39,870 bases of DNA from Candidatus Kaiserbacteria bacterium. Its GTDB lineage: Bacteria > Patescibacteriota > Minisyncoccia > Phycocordibacterales > UBA918. Shown one piece after another: positions 32,488-39,870 of the stretch. The first letter of the stretch is position 1. Each line of letters begins with the position of its first letter. A model generated the notes under the pieces. That model did no database searches. It had not been told where the DNA came from and was given only the letters and a program-made list of their open reading frames with translations. Position numbers and translations under genes: made by a program. Where the stretch lies: NCBI GenBank assembly GCA_024653575.1, contig JANLIJ010000156.1, forward strand, positions 1 to 39,870, read 5' to 3'.

Positions 32488-32613
32488 AGCGTGCCTTTAA
32501 AACCCACAAATCCTGCGTTGTCTGCATCAAGACGATGTTCATCGTATGTCCATATACGCCTCTCATCCTCTTGATTTGACGCCTTGGATTTGCGAATTTT
32601 AAAGGCACGCTCT
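32486..32613. repeat. 128 nt long imperfect hairpin starting in the recO stop codon
   Basis: Perfect 17 bp basal stem AGAGCGTGCCTTTAAAA (32486-32502) / TTTTAAAGGCACGCTCT (32597-32613). The CAAATCC/GGATTTG and ATCAAGA/TCTTGAT segments also pair. Confidence 0.7.
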
Positions 32614-32705
32614 TGGTTGGTGTTTGAATCAGATATAGTAGAGTAATGATTATATAGAGATTTTGAGACATGCTCTAGAATGTGGTGTGATATACTCGTA
32701 TAAAT

Positions 32706-34718
32706 ATGAACGAACACAAGTCACCAGAAAGCGATTCAGGAGAAACGGCAGATAAAGCCAGCCGTTTTGATGCAGAGCGAATCAAGGAGCTCCGTGACCG
32801 TCTTTACTCGCGTGGAAGCACCCCTCAGGAATCTGTTCGGCACCCACTTACTCAAAGGGTTATTCATGAACCGGTCGCGCCACCAGCACCTCTCAAGAGA
32901 GAAGATGTTAAAGGACCCGAGGTTGCAGTAATAAGTTCAAATCTTAAAGACGTGCGTCCAGAGGATGCGGTATTATATGGTATGACTTCACCGCGGAGGA
33001 AATCAATTCGAAAAAAATTACTCATTCTCGGAGGACTATTCTTCGTCGTTGCGATTGCTGTTTCAAGCTTCATTATGTTTTCTGGAAATAATACAATTTC
33101 CGGAGAAAATATCTCAATTTCTGCAACAGGCCCCATCTCGATTGGCGGGGGAGATGATCTGCCATTCCAAGTCACTATCGCAAATCAAAACGCAGTCTCT
33201 ATCCAGTCTGCAGCACTCATTATTGAGTATCCTGATGGTTCACGGAGCAGTGTTGATGGAAAAGAGATTTCTACCGAGCGTAAGCAACTCGACACGGTAA
33301 ATGCAAATGAAGTGATAAATATCCCGCTCTCAGTTAAGGTGTTTGGCGAAGAGAATGAGGAAAAAGAAATACTCGTATCGATTGATTATCGCGTCGCAGG
33401 CTCAAACGCAACCTTCCATAAGGATGCTGAGCCATTGAAATTTAAAGTGAGCACATCTCCGCTTGTCATGACGTTCGATACATTGAAGACCGTTACCTCG
33501 GGGCAAGATATGGAACTAAAGCTTACGGTGCAGTCAAACTCACCGACGGAACTCAAGGACGTGCTTGTCAAAGTGTCGTATCCAACGGGCTTTGATTTCT
33601 CTGAATCGACACCAGACACAACCTCAGGAGAAGATTCGTGGAAACTCACTACACTCAAGCCGGGGGAAAAACAGACCATTTCTATAAAGGGTCTCATGAC
33701 TGGATATGAGAATGAGGTTCGTAAATTCAGTGCTACAGCAGGAATAGTGCAGGCGTCAGACAAGAACACACTCGCCTCAATTCTTGCACAGGCTGAAGAG
33801 GAAATTGTTATTGAACAGGCCTTTCTCGATGTGAATGTTACCATCAATGGGAGCGACGATGACTCAGTCATCATTGATTCAAGCGGTATCGCCATTGTGG
33901 ATGTGAAGTTTGAAAATACACTCGACAACACAATTTATGATGGGAAGATATCAGTAGTACTTTCGGGTAATGCACTCAATGAATTTGAAGTGAGTTCGCC
34001 AGAGGGGTTCTATGATTCGACAAAAAATACCATCACGTGGGATGGTGTCGATGTTGAGTCGCTCAAGGAGATTCTCCCCGGACGTAAGAGTAGTGTTTCA
34101 TTTACCCTCGACCCCAATGATGATGTGGGGAATACTCCTGAAATGAAAATTAGCGTCGGAATAAGTGGGAAGCGCGTCTATGAGAGTGACGTTCCTGAGA
34201 AACTCGCCTCCGTTGCAGAACGTATTGTAAAGATAGAAAGCGTTCCAGAGCTCACGGCGACAGCGCTCCACGGATCAGGGGCATTTGTTGATACTGGGCC
34301 AACGCCACCCGTTGCCGAGGAGGTAACTCAATATACGTTCGTCCTCCGTGCAACCGCAGGAGCCAATGACGTGACTGGTGCGGAAGTAACTACGGTGCTC
34401 CCACAGTATGTGAGTTGGCTCGATTTGGTAACCGATGGAGACACCGTTACGTATAACCCAAGCTCGAGGTCAATCAAGTGGACTATTGGAGACTTGAAGG
34501 CTGGCAGTGAGGAGGAAGTCTCCATGCAGGTCTCCTTCCTACCAAGCCTTACCCAAGTCGGGACGACCCCAACGATTCTTGAGGCACAGCGATTTAAAGC
34601 GACAGACCGTTTTACGGGGACAATCGTACGCGCAGAGCATTCCGCACTTACTACAGGCCTTTACTACGAGGAAGATAAGGATCTTCGAGATGGACGAGTG
34701 CGGTCTCCAGGGGAATAG
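32706..34718 (+). CDS. Large membrane-anchored extracellular protein (repeated beta-rich modules)
   Basis: Cytoplasmic N-terminus, one TM segment (LLILGGLFFVVAIAVSSFIMF), then ~550 aa of T/S/V/E-rich sequence. TGaTATACT lies 9 nt before the ATG. Confidence 0.65.
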   Translation: MNEHKSPESDSGETADKASRFDAERIKELRDRLYSRGSTPQESVRHPLTQRVIHEPVAPPAPLKREDVKGPEVAVISSNLKDVRPEDAVLYGMTSPRRKSIRKKLLILGGLFFVVAIAVSSFIMFSGNNTISGENISISATGPISIGGGDDLPFQVTIANQNAVSIQSAALIIEYPDGSRSSVDGKEISTERKQLDTVNANEVINIPLSVKVFGEENEEKEILVSIDYRVAGSNATFHKDAEPLKFKVSTSPLVMTFDTLKTVTSGQDMELKLTVQSNSPTELKDVLVKVSYPTGFDFSESTPDTTSGEDSWKLTTLKPGEKQTISIKGLMTGYENEVRKFSATAGIVQASDKNTLASILAQAEEEIVIEQAFLDVNVTINGSDDDSVIIDSSGIAIVDVKFENTLDNTIYDGKISVVLSGNALNEFEVSSPEGFYDSTKNTITWDGVDVESLKEILPGRKSSVSFTLDPNDDVGNTPEMKISVGISGKRVYESDVPEKLASVAERIVKIESVPELTATALHGSGAFVDTGPTPPVAEEVTQYTFVLRATAGANDVTGAEVTTVLPQYVSWLDLVTDGDTVTYNPSSRSIKWTIGDLKAGSEEEVSMQVSFLPSLTQVGTTPTILEAQRFKATDRFTGTIVRAEHSALTTGLYYEEDKDLRDGRVRSPGE

Positions 34719-34790
34719 CACCTTTGGGTCAGAAGTATCACAGGCCTTCATGTACTTGAAATAAAATACATTTATCTATATTGTTGTCAT

Positions 34791-36188
34791 ATGAATGAGA
34801 TACAAAACCCAGCAAATTCAATGGAAAAGATAATCTCCCTCTGCAAACGCCGTGGGTTTGTATTTCAGGGGTCTGAGATATATGGCGGTCTTGCCGGGAC
34901 GTATGATTATGGTCCTTATGGAGTTGAACTTGCAAATAATATTAAGGCGGTGTGGTGGAAGTCGATGGTGCAAGGAGAACGGAATATCGTTGGTTTGGAC
35001 TCTGCAATATTTACCCACCCAAAAGTTTGGGAGGCGTCAGGGCATGTCGGTGGTTTTGCCGATCCACTCGTTGAGTGTAAGGAGTGTAATACCCGTTCGC
35101 GGGCAGATCACCTCATTGAGGATGTGGGAGCCTTTGCCGATGAAAAGATGAGTGTTGAAGAAATCAATAAAGTGTTTGATGAGCATAGAGATAAGATCAA
35201 GTGTGTAAAGTGTGGAAAGAAAAATTTTACCGAGGTCAGATACATCAATCTATTGGTCAAATCAAATCTTGGAAATTTTGCGAGCGATTGGGCGAAAGAA
35301 CCAACTTATCTTCGAGGAGAAACCTGTCAGGGGATTTATCTCAATTTTAAGAACGTGCTCGATTCATCTCGGGTAAAAGTGCCGTTTGGTATCGCACAAG
35401 TAGGGAAGGCATTTCGAAATGAAATAGCACCACGGCAGTACATTTTCCGACTTCGTGAACTCACTCAGATGGAGATGCAGATGTTTGTGAAGCCAGAAGA
35501 CGAAATGACCACCTATGAGAAGTGGCGACAGAAGCGATGGCAATACTATCTCGATCTTGGATTTAAGGAAGAAAATCTCAAGTGGCATGAGCATGAGAAC
35601 CTCGTGTTCTATGCGAAGGCTGCGTGGGACATTGAGTACAAGTTCCCTTTTGGTTTCAAGGAGCTCGAGGGTATCCATGCACGTGGCGATTATGATTTGT
35701 CACAGCATCAGAAGTTTTCAGGGAAGGACCTCTCATATCTTGACCCCGTGACTAACGAGCGATACGTACCGCATGTTGTGGAGACTTCTGTAGGGCTTGA
35801 TCGAAGCTTCCTCGCAGTGGTGACAGAATTCTATGATGAGGATGAGCTCGGGGGAGAAACACGCACAGTTCTCCGTTTCCCACGAACACTTGCCCCAATC
35901 AAGGTTGCGGTATTTCCATTGCTTAAGAATAAGCCCGAGCTCGTCGCAAAGGCAGAGGAAGTCTTTACAATGCTTTCGTCACAGATGCGCGCTGAATTTG
36001 ACGACAACGGCAACATCGGAAAGCGCTACCGTCGTCAAGACGAGATTGGAACTCCAGCCTGCGTCACCATTGACTTTGAGACCCTCGAGGGCGACACAAA
36101 GGACACGGTCACCGTCCGCAACCGCGACACCGGCGCTCAAGAGCGCGTTCACATCTCCGAGCTCGTATCATATTTGATGCAGGCATAA
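34791..36188 (+). CDS. glyQS: Glycine--tRNA ligase (class II, homodimeric GlyQS type)
   Basis: RGFVFQGSEIYGGLAGTYDYGPYG, FRNEIAPRQYIFRLREL (motif 2) and YVPHVVETSVGLDR (motif 3). Confidence 0.95.
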   Translation: MNEIQNPANSMEKIISLCKRRGFVFQGSEIYGGLAGTYDYGPYGVELANNIKAVWWKSMVQGERNIVGLDSAIFTHPKVWEASGHVGGFADPLVECKECNTRSRADHLIEDVGAFADEKMSVEEINKVFDEHRDKIKCVKCGKKNFTEVRYINLLVKSNLGNFASDWAKEPTYLRGETCQGIYLNFKNVLDSSRVKVPFGIAQVGKAFRNEIAPRQYIFRLRELTQMEMQMFVKPEDEMTTYEKWRQKRWQYYLDLGFKEENLKWHEHENLVFYAKAAWDIEYKFPFGFKELEGIHARGDYDLSQHQKFSGKDLSYLDPVTNERYVPHVVETSVGLDRSFLAVVTEFYDEDELGGETRTVLRFPRTLAPIKVAVFPLLKNKPELVAKAEEVFTMLSSQMRAEFDDNGNIGKRYRRQDEIGTPACVTIDFETLEGDTKDTVTVRNRDTGAQERVHISELVSYLMQA

Positions 36189-36222
36189 TAAATTACACGG
36201 GGTTACCCTGTGGACACCTCTT

Positions 36223-37662
36223 ATGAAAAGTAAATACATCACCACAACACTCCCTTACGTGAACGCGAGTCCACATATTGGACATGCATATGAATTTATT
36301 CAAGCTGATACGCTTGCTCGATACTGGCGACTTATGGGGCACGAAGTTTTTTTTAATGCAGGTACAGATGAACATGGTCAAAAGATTGCTCAGAAGGCAG
36401 ATGAAGCGGGACAATCTCGACAGTCATATGTAGATCATTACGCCGGTGAGTTCAGAAACTCACTCGAAGCACTGGGCCTTTCCCCTGATGCATTTATTCG
36501 TACCACTGATGAGAGGCATATGCGTGCTGCGCAAGAACTATGGAAGCGTTGCGAAGCAAATGGCGATATTTACAAAAAGAAATATAAAGGACTGTACTGC
36601 GTTGGTTGCGAATCTTTTAAGAAGGATTCAGATTTAGTGGAGGGGAAGTGTCCTGATCATCAGAAAGAACCTGAGCAGGTAGAAGAAGAAAATTATTTCT
36701 TCAGACTTTCAAAGTATGAAGTGTATTTAAGAGCATATCTCGAAGAGGAAGATGCGACACTTCCGGATTGGCGAAGGAAAGAACTTCTTATCTTTGTAAA
36801 TGAAGGACTTGAGGATATTAGTATCTCGCGCGAGCGCGCACGACTTGATTGGGGTATTCCAGTGCCCAGTGACGACGCTCATGTGATGTATGTGTGGTTT
36901 GATGCACTCACCAACTACATCTCAACGCTTGGTTGGCCAAACGATGAAGACGGTCTTTTTAAAAAGTTTTGGATGGAAGGGGAGACCTTGCAAGTTGCGG
37001 GGAAAGATCAAATGCGCTTCCAGTCTCTCCTGTGGCAGGCCATGCTTAAAAGTGCAAACTTGCCAAGAACGGGAAAGATTATTTATCACGGATTCATCAT
37101 CTCAGGTGGACAAAAAATGAGTAAGACAATTGGGAATGTTATAAGTCCTTTTGAGCTTGTAGAGAAATATGGCACCGACGCAACACGGTATCTCCTCCTT
37201 CGCCACGTGCACCCCTTCGAGGACACCGACATCACGTGGGAGCGTCTCGATGAGTGGTACACCGCAAATCTCGTGAATGGGCTCGGTAACCTTGCATCTC
37301 GTATCATGAAAATGTCAGAGACCTATCTTGATGAACCTGTTGAATTAACTCAGGAGACAGTACCAGATCCAGACGTCTCCCTTAAAATGGATAGATATGA
37401 ATTCAGTATAGCTATGGATGGGATTTGGGAACGTATTGGACATAACGATGCCCTTATTGCTATCAAGCAACCATTTGCGATGATAAAGTCGGATGACGTA
37501 GATACTCAAAACGAAGCAAAGTTAATTATAAAAAAACTCGTTCGCGAACTTAATGCTATTGCCACAGAATTGAATCCTTTTATGTCTGAGACCGCGGAGA
37601 AGATTAAGCAGGCAATTCGCGAAAACAAAAAACCCGAAAACCTCTTCCCCCGCCTCCCATAA
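36223..37662 (+). CDS. metG: Methionine--tRNA ligase (short form, no C-terminal tRNA-binding domain)
   Basis: PYVNASPHIGHAYE (HIGH) and GQKMSKTIGN (KMSKS). Confidence 0.95.
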   Translation: MKSKYITTTLPYVNASPHIGHAYEFIQADTLARYWRLMGHEVFFNAGTDEHGQKIAQKADEAGQSRQSYVDHYAGEFRNSLEALGLSPDAFIRTTDERHMRAAQELWKRCEANGDIYKKKYKGLYCVGCESFKKDSDLVEGKCPDHQKEPEQVEEENYFFRLSKYEVYLRAYLEEEDATLPDWRRKELLIFVNEGLEDISISRERARLDWGIPVPSDDAHVMYVWFDALTNYISTLGWPNDEDGLFKKFWMEGETLQVAGKDQMRFQSLLWQAMLKSANLPRTGKIIYHGFIISGGQKMSKTIGNVISPFELVEKYGTDATRYLLLRHVHPFEDTDITWERLDEWYTANLVNGLGNLASRIMKMSETYLDEPVELTQETVPDPDVSLKMDRYEFSIAMDGIWERIGHNDALIAIKQPFAMIKSDDVDTQNEAKLIIKKLVRELNAIATELNPFMSETAEKIKQAIRENKKPENLFPRLP

Positions 37663-37664
37663 TA

Positions 37665-37698
37665 CTCCGACTATTCCCATTAATGGGAATAGTCGGAG
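37665..37698. repeat. Palindrome copy 1: CTCCGACTATTCCCAT-TA-ATGGGAATAGTCGGAG
   Basis: Contains the 24 bp core ACTATTCCCATTAATGGGAATAGT (37670-37693). Lies 2 nt after the metG stop and 10 nt before the ATG at 37709. Confidence 0.9.
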
Positions 37699-37708
37699 TG
37701 ACAGAAAT

Positions 37709-38077
37709 ATGAAAAAGATATACAACAAACTCGTGCGGGATAAGATGATTGATATCTATGAGCACGATGTTGCGAATAAAATTAGTGCGAGCGATTATAG
37801 GGTACGGTACCTTACCCCGCAGGAAACTCTTGAAGAGTTAAAAACGAAGCTTCTCGAAGAATCACAGGAAGTATTTGAGGCGTATGGAGACGAAGACAAG
37901 AGTCATCTCAAAGAAGAGATTGCAGATGTGATAGAGGTCATCGATGCAATTTTGTATCACAATGGTATTGCGCTCAGTGAAGTTCTTCAGATCCGTGATG
38001 CAAAAAAAGAACGTAAAGGCGGTTTTGAAAAAGGACTCTATCTTGAAAGTATTGATTACTTTGACGAACCTTCCTGA
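37709..38077 (+). CDS. MazG-like / PRA-PH-like all-alpha nucleoside triphosphate pyrophosphohydrolase
   Basis: KLVRDKMIDIY.. N-terminus and the EEIADVIEVIDAI metal-binding helix pattern. 122 aa. Confidence 0.7.
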   Translation: MKKIYNKLVRDKMIDIYEHDVANKISASDYRVRYLTPQETLEELKTKLLEESQEVFEAYGDEDKSHLKEEIADVIEVIDAILYHNGIALSEVLQIRDAKKERKGGFEKGLYLESIDYFDEPS

Positions 38078-38083
38078 GTACAT

Positions 38084-38117
38084 CAATCACTATTCCCATT
38101 AATGGGAATAGTGATTG
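38084..38117. repeat. Palindrome copy 2: CAATCACTATTCCCAT-TA-ATGGGAATAGTGATTG
   Basis: Same 24 bp core at 38089-38112. It contains the last codons and the stop of the minus-strand gene 38099-38518. Confidence 0.9.
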
Positions 38118-38518
38118 AGAGATCTGTAACGTTCGAGACCGTGACGGTGTGGAAGTATTCCACCGAGGTGGAGGATTGAGTCAATAGTATCGAGAATTGC
38201 GAGATAGCTTCGCTTATTTTTCTGGAGGATCTCAATAGTTTTTTTGTACGTTCCTTTCCTCACGTCTTCCGCTATTCTTCCTGTGGTTGTCGGACTTAAT
38301 TTGAGCACCTTTGCTGTCTTGTACCCAGACATTCCTTCGTTGAGAAGTATGACTACAGCAAGGCGCTTTGCAAGCGTGATTCGTTCCTCACGACCAAGAA
38401 GTTCATTAAGGAGTGTGCTCGTTGCCCCACGGTCGAGTTTATTCAGAAGCGTATCAAATTGTGAGAAGAGTGCATGGAGATCCTCTTTCGGAAGTTCATT
38501 GCGATTAATGTGAACCAT
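38099..38518 (-). CDS. TrpR / YerC-YecD-like helix-turn-helix protein
   Basis: EERITLAKRLAVVILLNEGMSGYKTAKVLKLSPTTTGRIAEDV resembles the Trp-repressor-like HTH family. Confidence 0.6.
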   Translation of the reverse strand: MVHINRNELPKEDLHALFSQFDTLLNKLDRGATSTLLNELLGREERITLAKRLAVVILLNEGMSGYKTAKVLKLSPTTTGRIAEDVRKGTYKKTIEILQKNKRSYLAILDTIDSILHLGGILPHRHGLERYRSLNHYSH

Positions 38519-38531
38519 ATGATTATTGTAG

Positions 38532-38559
38532 CGACTATTCCCATTAATGGGAATAGTCG
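38532..38559. repeat. Palindrome copy 3: CGACTATTCCCATTAATGGGAATAGTCG
   Basis: Same 24 bp core at 38534-38557. Lies 13 nt upstream of the TrpR-like start, in the divergent region shared with tatD. Confidence 0.9.
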
Positions 38560-38594
38560 GAAGGTTTATTAAAATATGATATGGTGAAGATTAT

Positions 38595-39386
38595 ATGGAG
38601 TTTCGTTATATAGACATTCACACGCACCTTAATCTCGAGGCTTTTTCGGAGGACTGGGAAAGTGCGCGCGACCGTGCACTTACGGCGGGTGTTGCGTGTA
38701 TCAATGTGGGGACGGGGAAGACGACGAGTGAGCGAGCGCTCACGCTCGCTCACTCGTCACAAGGCGTCTTTGCGACTGTTGGTATTCACCCAACACACAC
38801 GACTGGTGATGAGCCAGAACCTTTTGTATATGAAGACTTCAGAGTACTCGCAAGTGACCCAAAGGTGGTGGCAATTGGGGAATGCGGACTCGATTATTTT
38901 AGGGTTTCAAAAGATTCAAAAAAACTGCAAGAGGAGACTTTTATTGCACAAATTCAGCTTGCAAACGAATTAGAAAAGCCACTCATGCTCCACATTCGAG
39001 GGAGTGAAGGGAGTATGGACGCATACGAAGACGCGCTCGCTATTTTGAAAACTCATGCAAAAGTTCTCGGAAATGTACACTTTTTTGCAGGGTCGTATGA
39101 TGTTGCAAAAAAGTTTTGGGAGATGGGCCTTACCACGTCGTTCACGGGAGTCATTACCTTTGCTAATCAGTACGATGGGATAATTAAGAATGCTCCGATT
39201 GAAATGCTCCATGCAGAGACCGATGCACCGTATGTCGCTCCGGTGCCGTACCGAGGGAAGCGCAACGAGCCACTCTATGTGAAAGAGGTATATAAACGAA
39301 TTGCTGAAATACGGGGAGAAGAAGAGGAATCTGTCCGCGAAGCTTTACTCAAAAATGCAATGAGGCTATTCCAGATAGATTTGTAG
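38595..39386 (+). CDS. tatD: TatD family metal-dependent hydrolase (DNase)
   Basis: YIDIHTHLN, IGECGLDY, LHIRGS and ETDAPY motifs. Confidence 0.93.
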   Translation: MEFRYIDIHTHLNLEAFSEDWESARDRALTAGVACINVGTGKTTSERALTLAHSSQGVFATVGIHPTHTTGDEPEPFVYEDFRVLASDPKVVAIGECGLDYFRVSKDSKKLQEETFIAQIQLANELEKPLMLHIRGSEGSMDAYEDALAILKTHAKVLGNVHFFAGSYDVAKKFWEMGLTTSFTGVITFANQYDGIIKNAPIEMLHAETDAPYVAPVPYRGKRNEPLYVKEVYKRIAEIRGEEEESVREALLKNAMRLFQIDL

Positions 39387-39450
39387 CCCTGTTGACCAAA
39401 TGTCACTTCCTGAGTATTGTACGTGTGGGTTTTGAAAGGAGGGTAAAGAA

Positions 39451-39726
39451 ATGAAAGCGTGTAGAGAATGGACTGATGTTCCTGCAATTGTTGGTGGTTC
39501 TGAAAGCCGTGAATGTTTGCGTCCTCAGGGGCACGAAGGACCGCATTTGATACAGCGTGAAAACGGTGCATACATTGTGTACGAGATCAATATCCTTTGC
39601 CGTTGTTCCGTTTGTAGAAAGGGAAAAGAAGAACTATTGTGTCGAGTTTTTCGGGAAGTTACTGAGCACGAGGCACTCTGTTTGATGGGAACTGGAAGCC
39701 CTTGCATCCCTTCTCTGTGGACGTAA
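39451..39726 (+). CDS. Hypothetical Cys-rich small protein
   Basis: AGGAGG SD (39437-39442) lies 8 nt upstream. 8 Cys in 91 aa, including CRCSVC. Terminator at 39729-39759. Confidence 0.5.
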   Translation: MKACREWTDVPAIVGGSESRECLRPQGHEGPHLIQRENGAYIVYEINILCRCSVCRKGKEELLCRVFREVTEHEALCLMGTGSPCIPSLWT

Positions 39727-39728
39727 GA

Positions 39729-39759
39729 CCGGAGACGCACGTTATGTGTCTCCGGTTTT
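39729..39759. terminator. Bidirectional terminator between convergent genes
   Basis: CCGGAGAC / GTCTCCGG stem followed by TTTT. Confidence 0.75.
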
Positions 39760-39769
39760 GTGATTTTCG

Positions 39770-39870
39770 CTAGTCAAATATTGAGATGAGGTATTCATCA
39801 ATCTCACGTTGCTCAAGGTCATAGAAATATTTTCCATCGTCATGGAGGTCATCTGCAAGCTTTTCTCCTA
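39770..39870 (-). CDS. 3' end of an unidentified minus-strand gene (partial; runs off the window)
   Basis: Hand translation of the reverse strand gives an open frame ..GEKLADDLHDDGKYFYDLEQREIDEYLISIFD* ending at the TAG (39770-39772). Confidence 0.3.
   Translation of the reverse strand, partial: GEKLADDLHDDGKYFYDLEQREIDEYLISIFD

Noticed and set aside
11787-32613. Interpreting the three ~125 nt hairpins as MITEs.
   Set aside because: I found no recognisable target-site duplications at their borders. There is no primary-sequence similarity among the three, and no transposase is in the window. I report them as a structural class instead.

Overview
This 39.9 kb chromosomal window looks like a small-genome bacterium whose housekeeping genes lack Shine-Dalgarno (SD) sites. 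Gene content and architecture fit a CPR/Patescibacteria-type organism, but that is inference only. I call about 45 CDS. I found no rRNA, tRNA, CRISPR array, transposase or integrase by eye.

**Layout**
- 1-6.2 kb: a compositionally mosaic accessory region. It holds a PGAM-like phosphatase, an APH-like kinase, a HigB/HigA toxin-antitoxin pair, an LRR protein and small secreted or hypothetical proteins. The plus-strand ORFs are separated by copies of a conserved junction repeat.
- 6.2-8.5 kb: ZIP transporter, YibE/F protein and mscL.
- 8.9-13.1 kb: class Ia ribonucleotide reductase, nrdA and nrdB.
- 13.2-16.2 kb: surface or secreted proteins (Gly/Ser-rich exported protein, matrixin-like protease, SIMPL protein).
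- 16.4-17.8 kb: secE-nusG-rplK. The usual continuation into rplA is missing.
- 18.8-23.7 kb: a folate/thymidylate cluster (CofE-like ligase, folA, CYTH protein, dcd, thyA, glyA).
- 25.1-39.4 kb: argS, ileS, recO, a 670 aa membrane-anchored protein, glyQS, metG, a MazG-like NTP pyrophosphohydrolase, a TrpR/YerC-like HTH protein and tatD.

**Main hunts**
1. ileS carries a complete, apparently catalytically intact histidine-phosphatase domain of about 190 aa, nested inside the synthetase core.
2. The left end is a cassette-like array with a conserved repeat at each cassette junction.
3. Intergenic DNA is unusually rich in hairpins:
   - three exact copies of a 24 bp palindrome bracket the MazG-like and TrpR-like genes;
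   - four long palindromes with alternating conserved centres lie downstream of glyA;
   - three hairpins of 121-128 nt start at the stop codons of nrdA, nusG and recO.
4. Two translation-initiation regimes coexist. Core genes have -10 boxes 6-9 nt from the ATG and no SD. ORFs in small GC-rich islands have strong SD sites.
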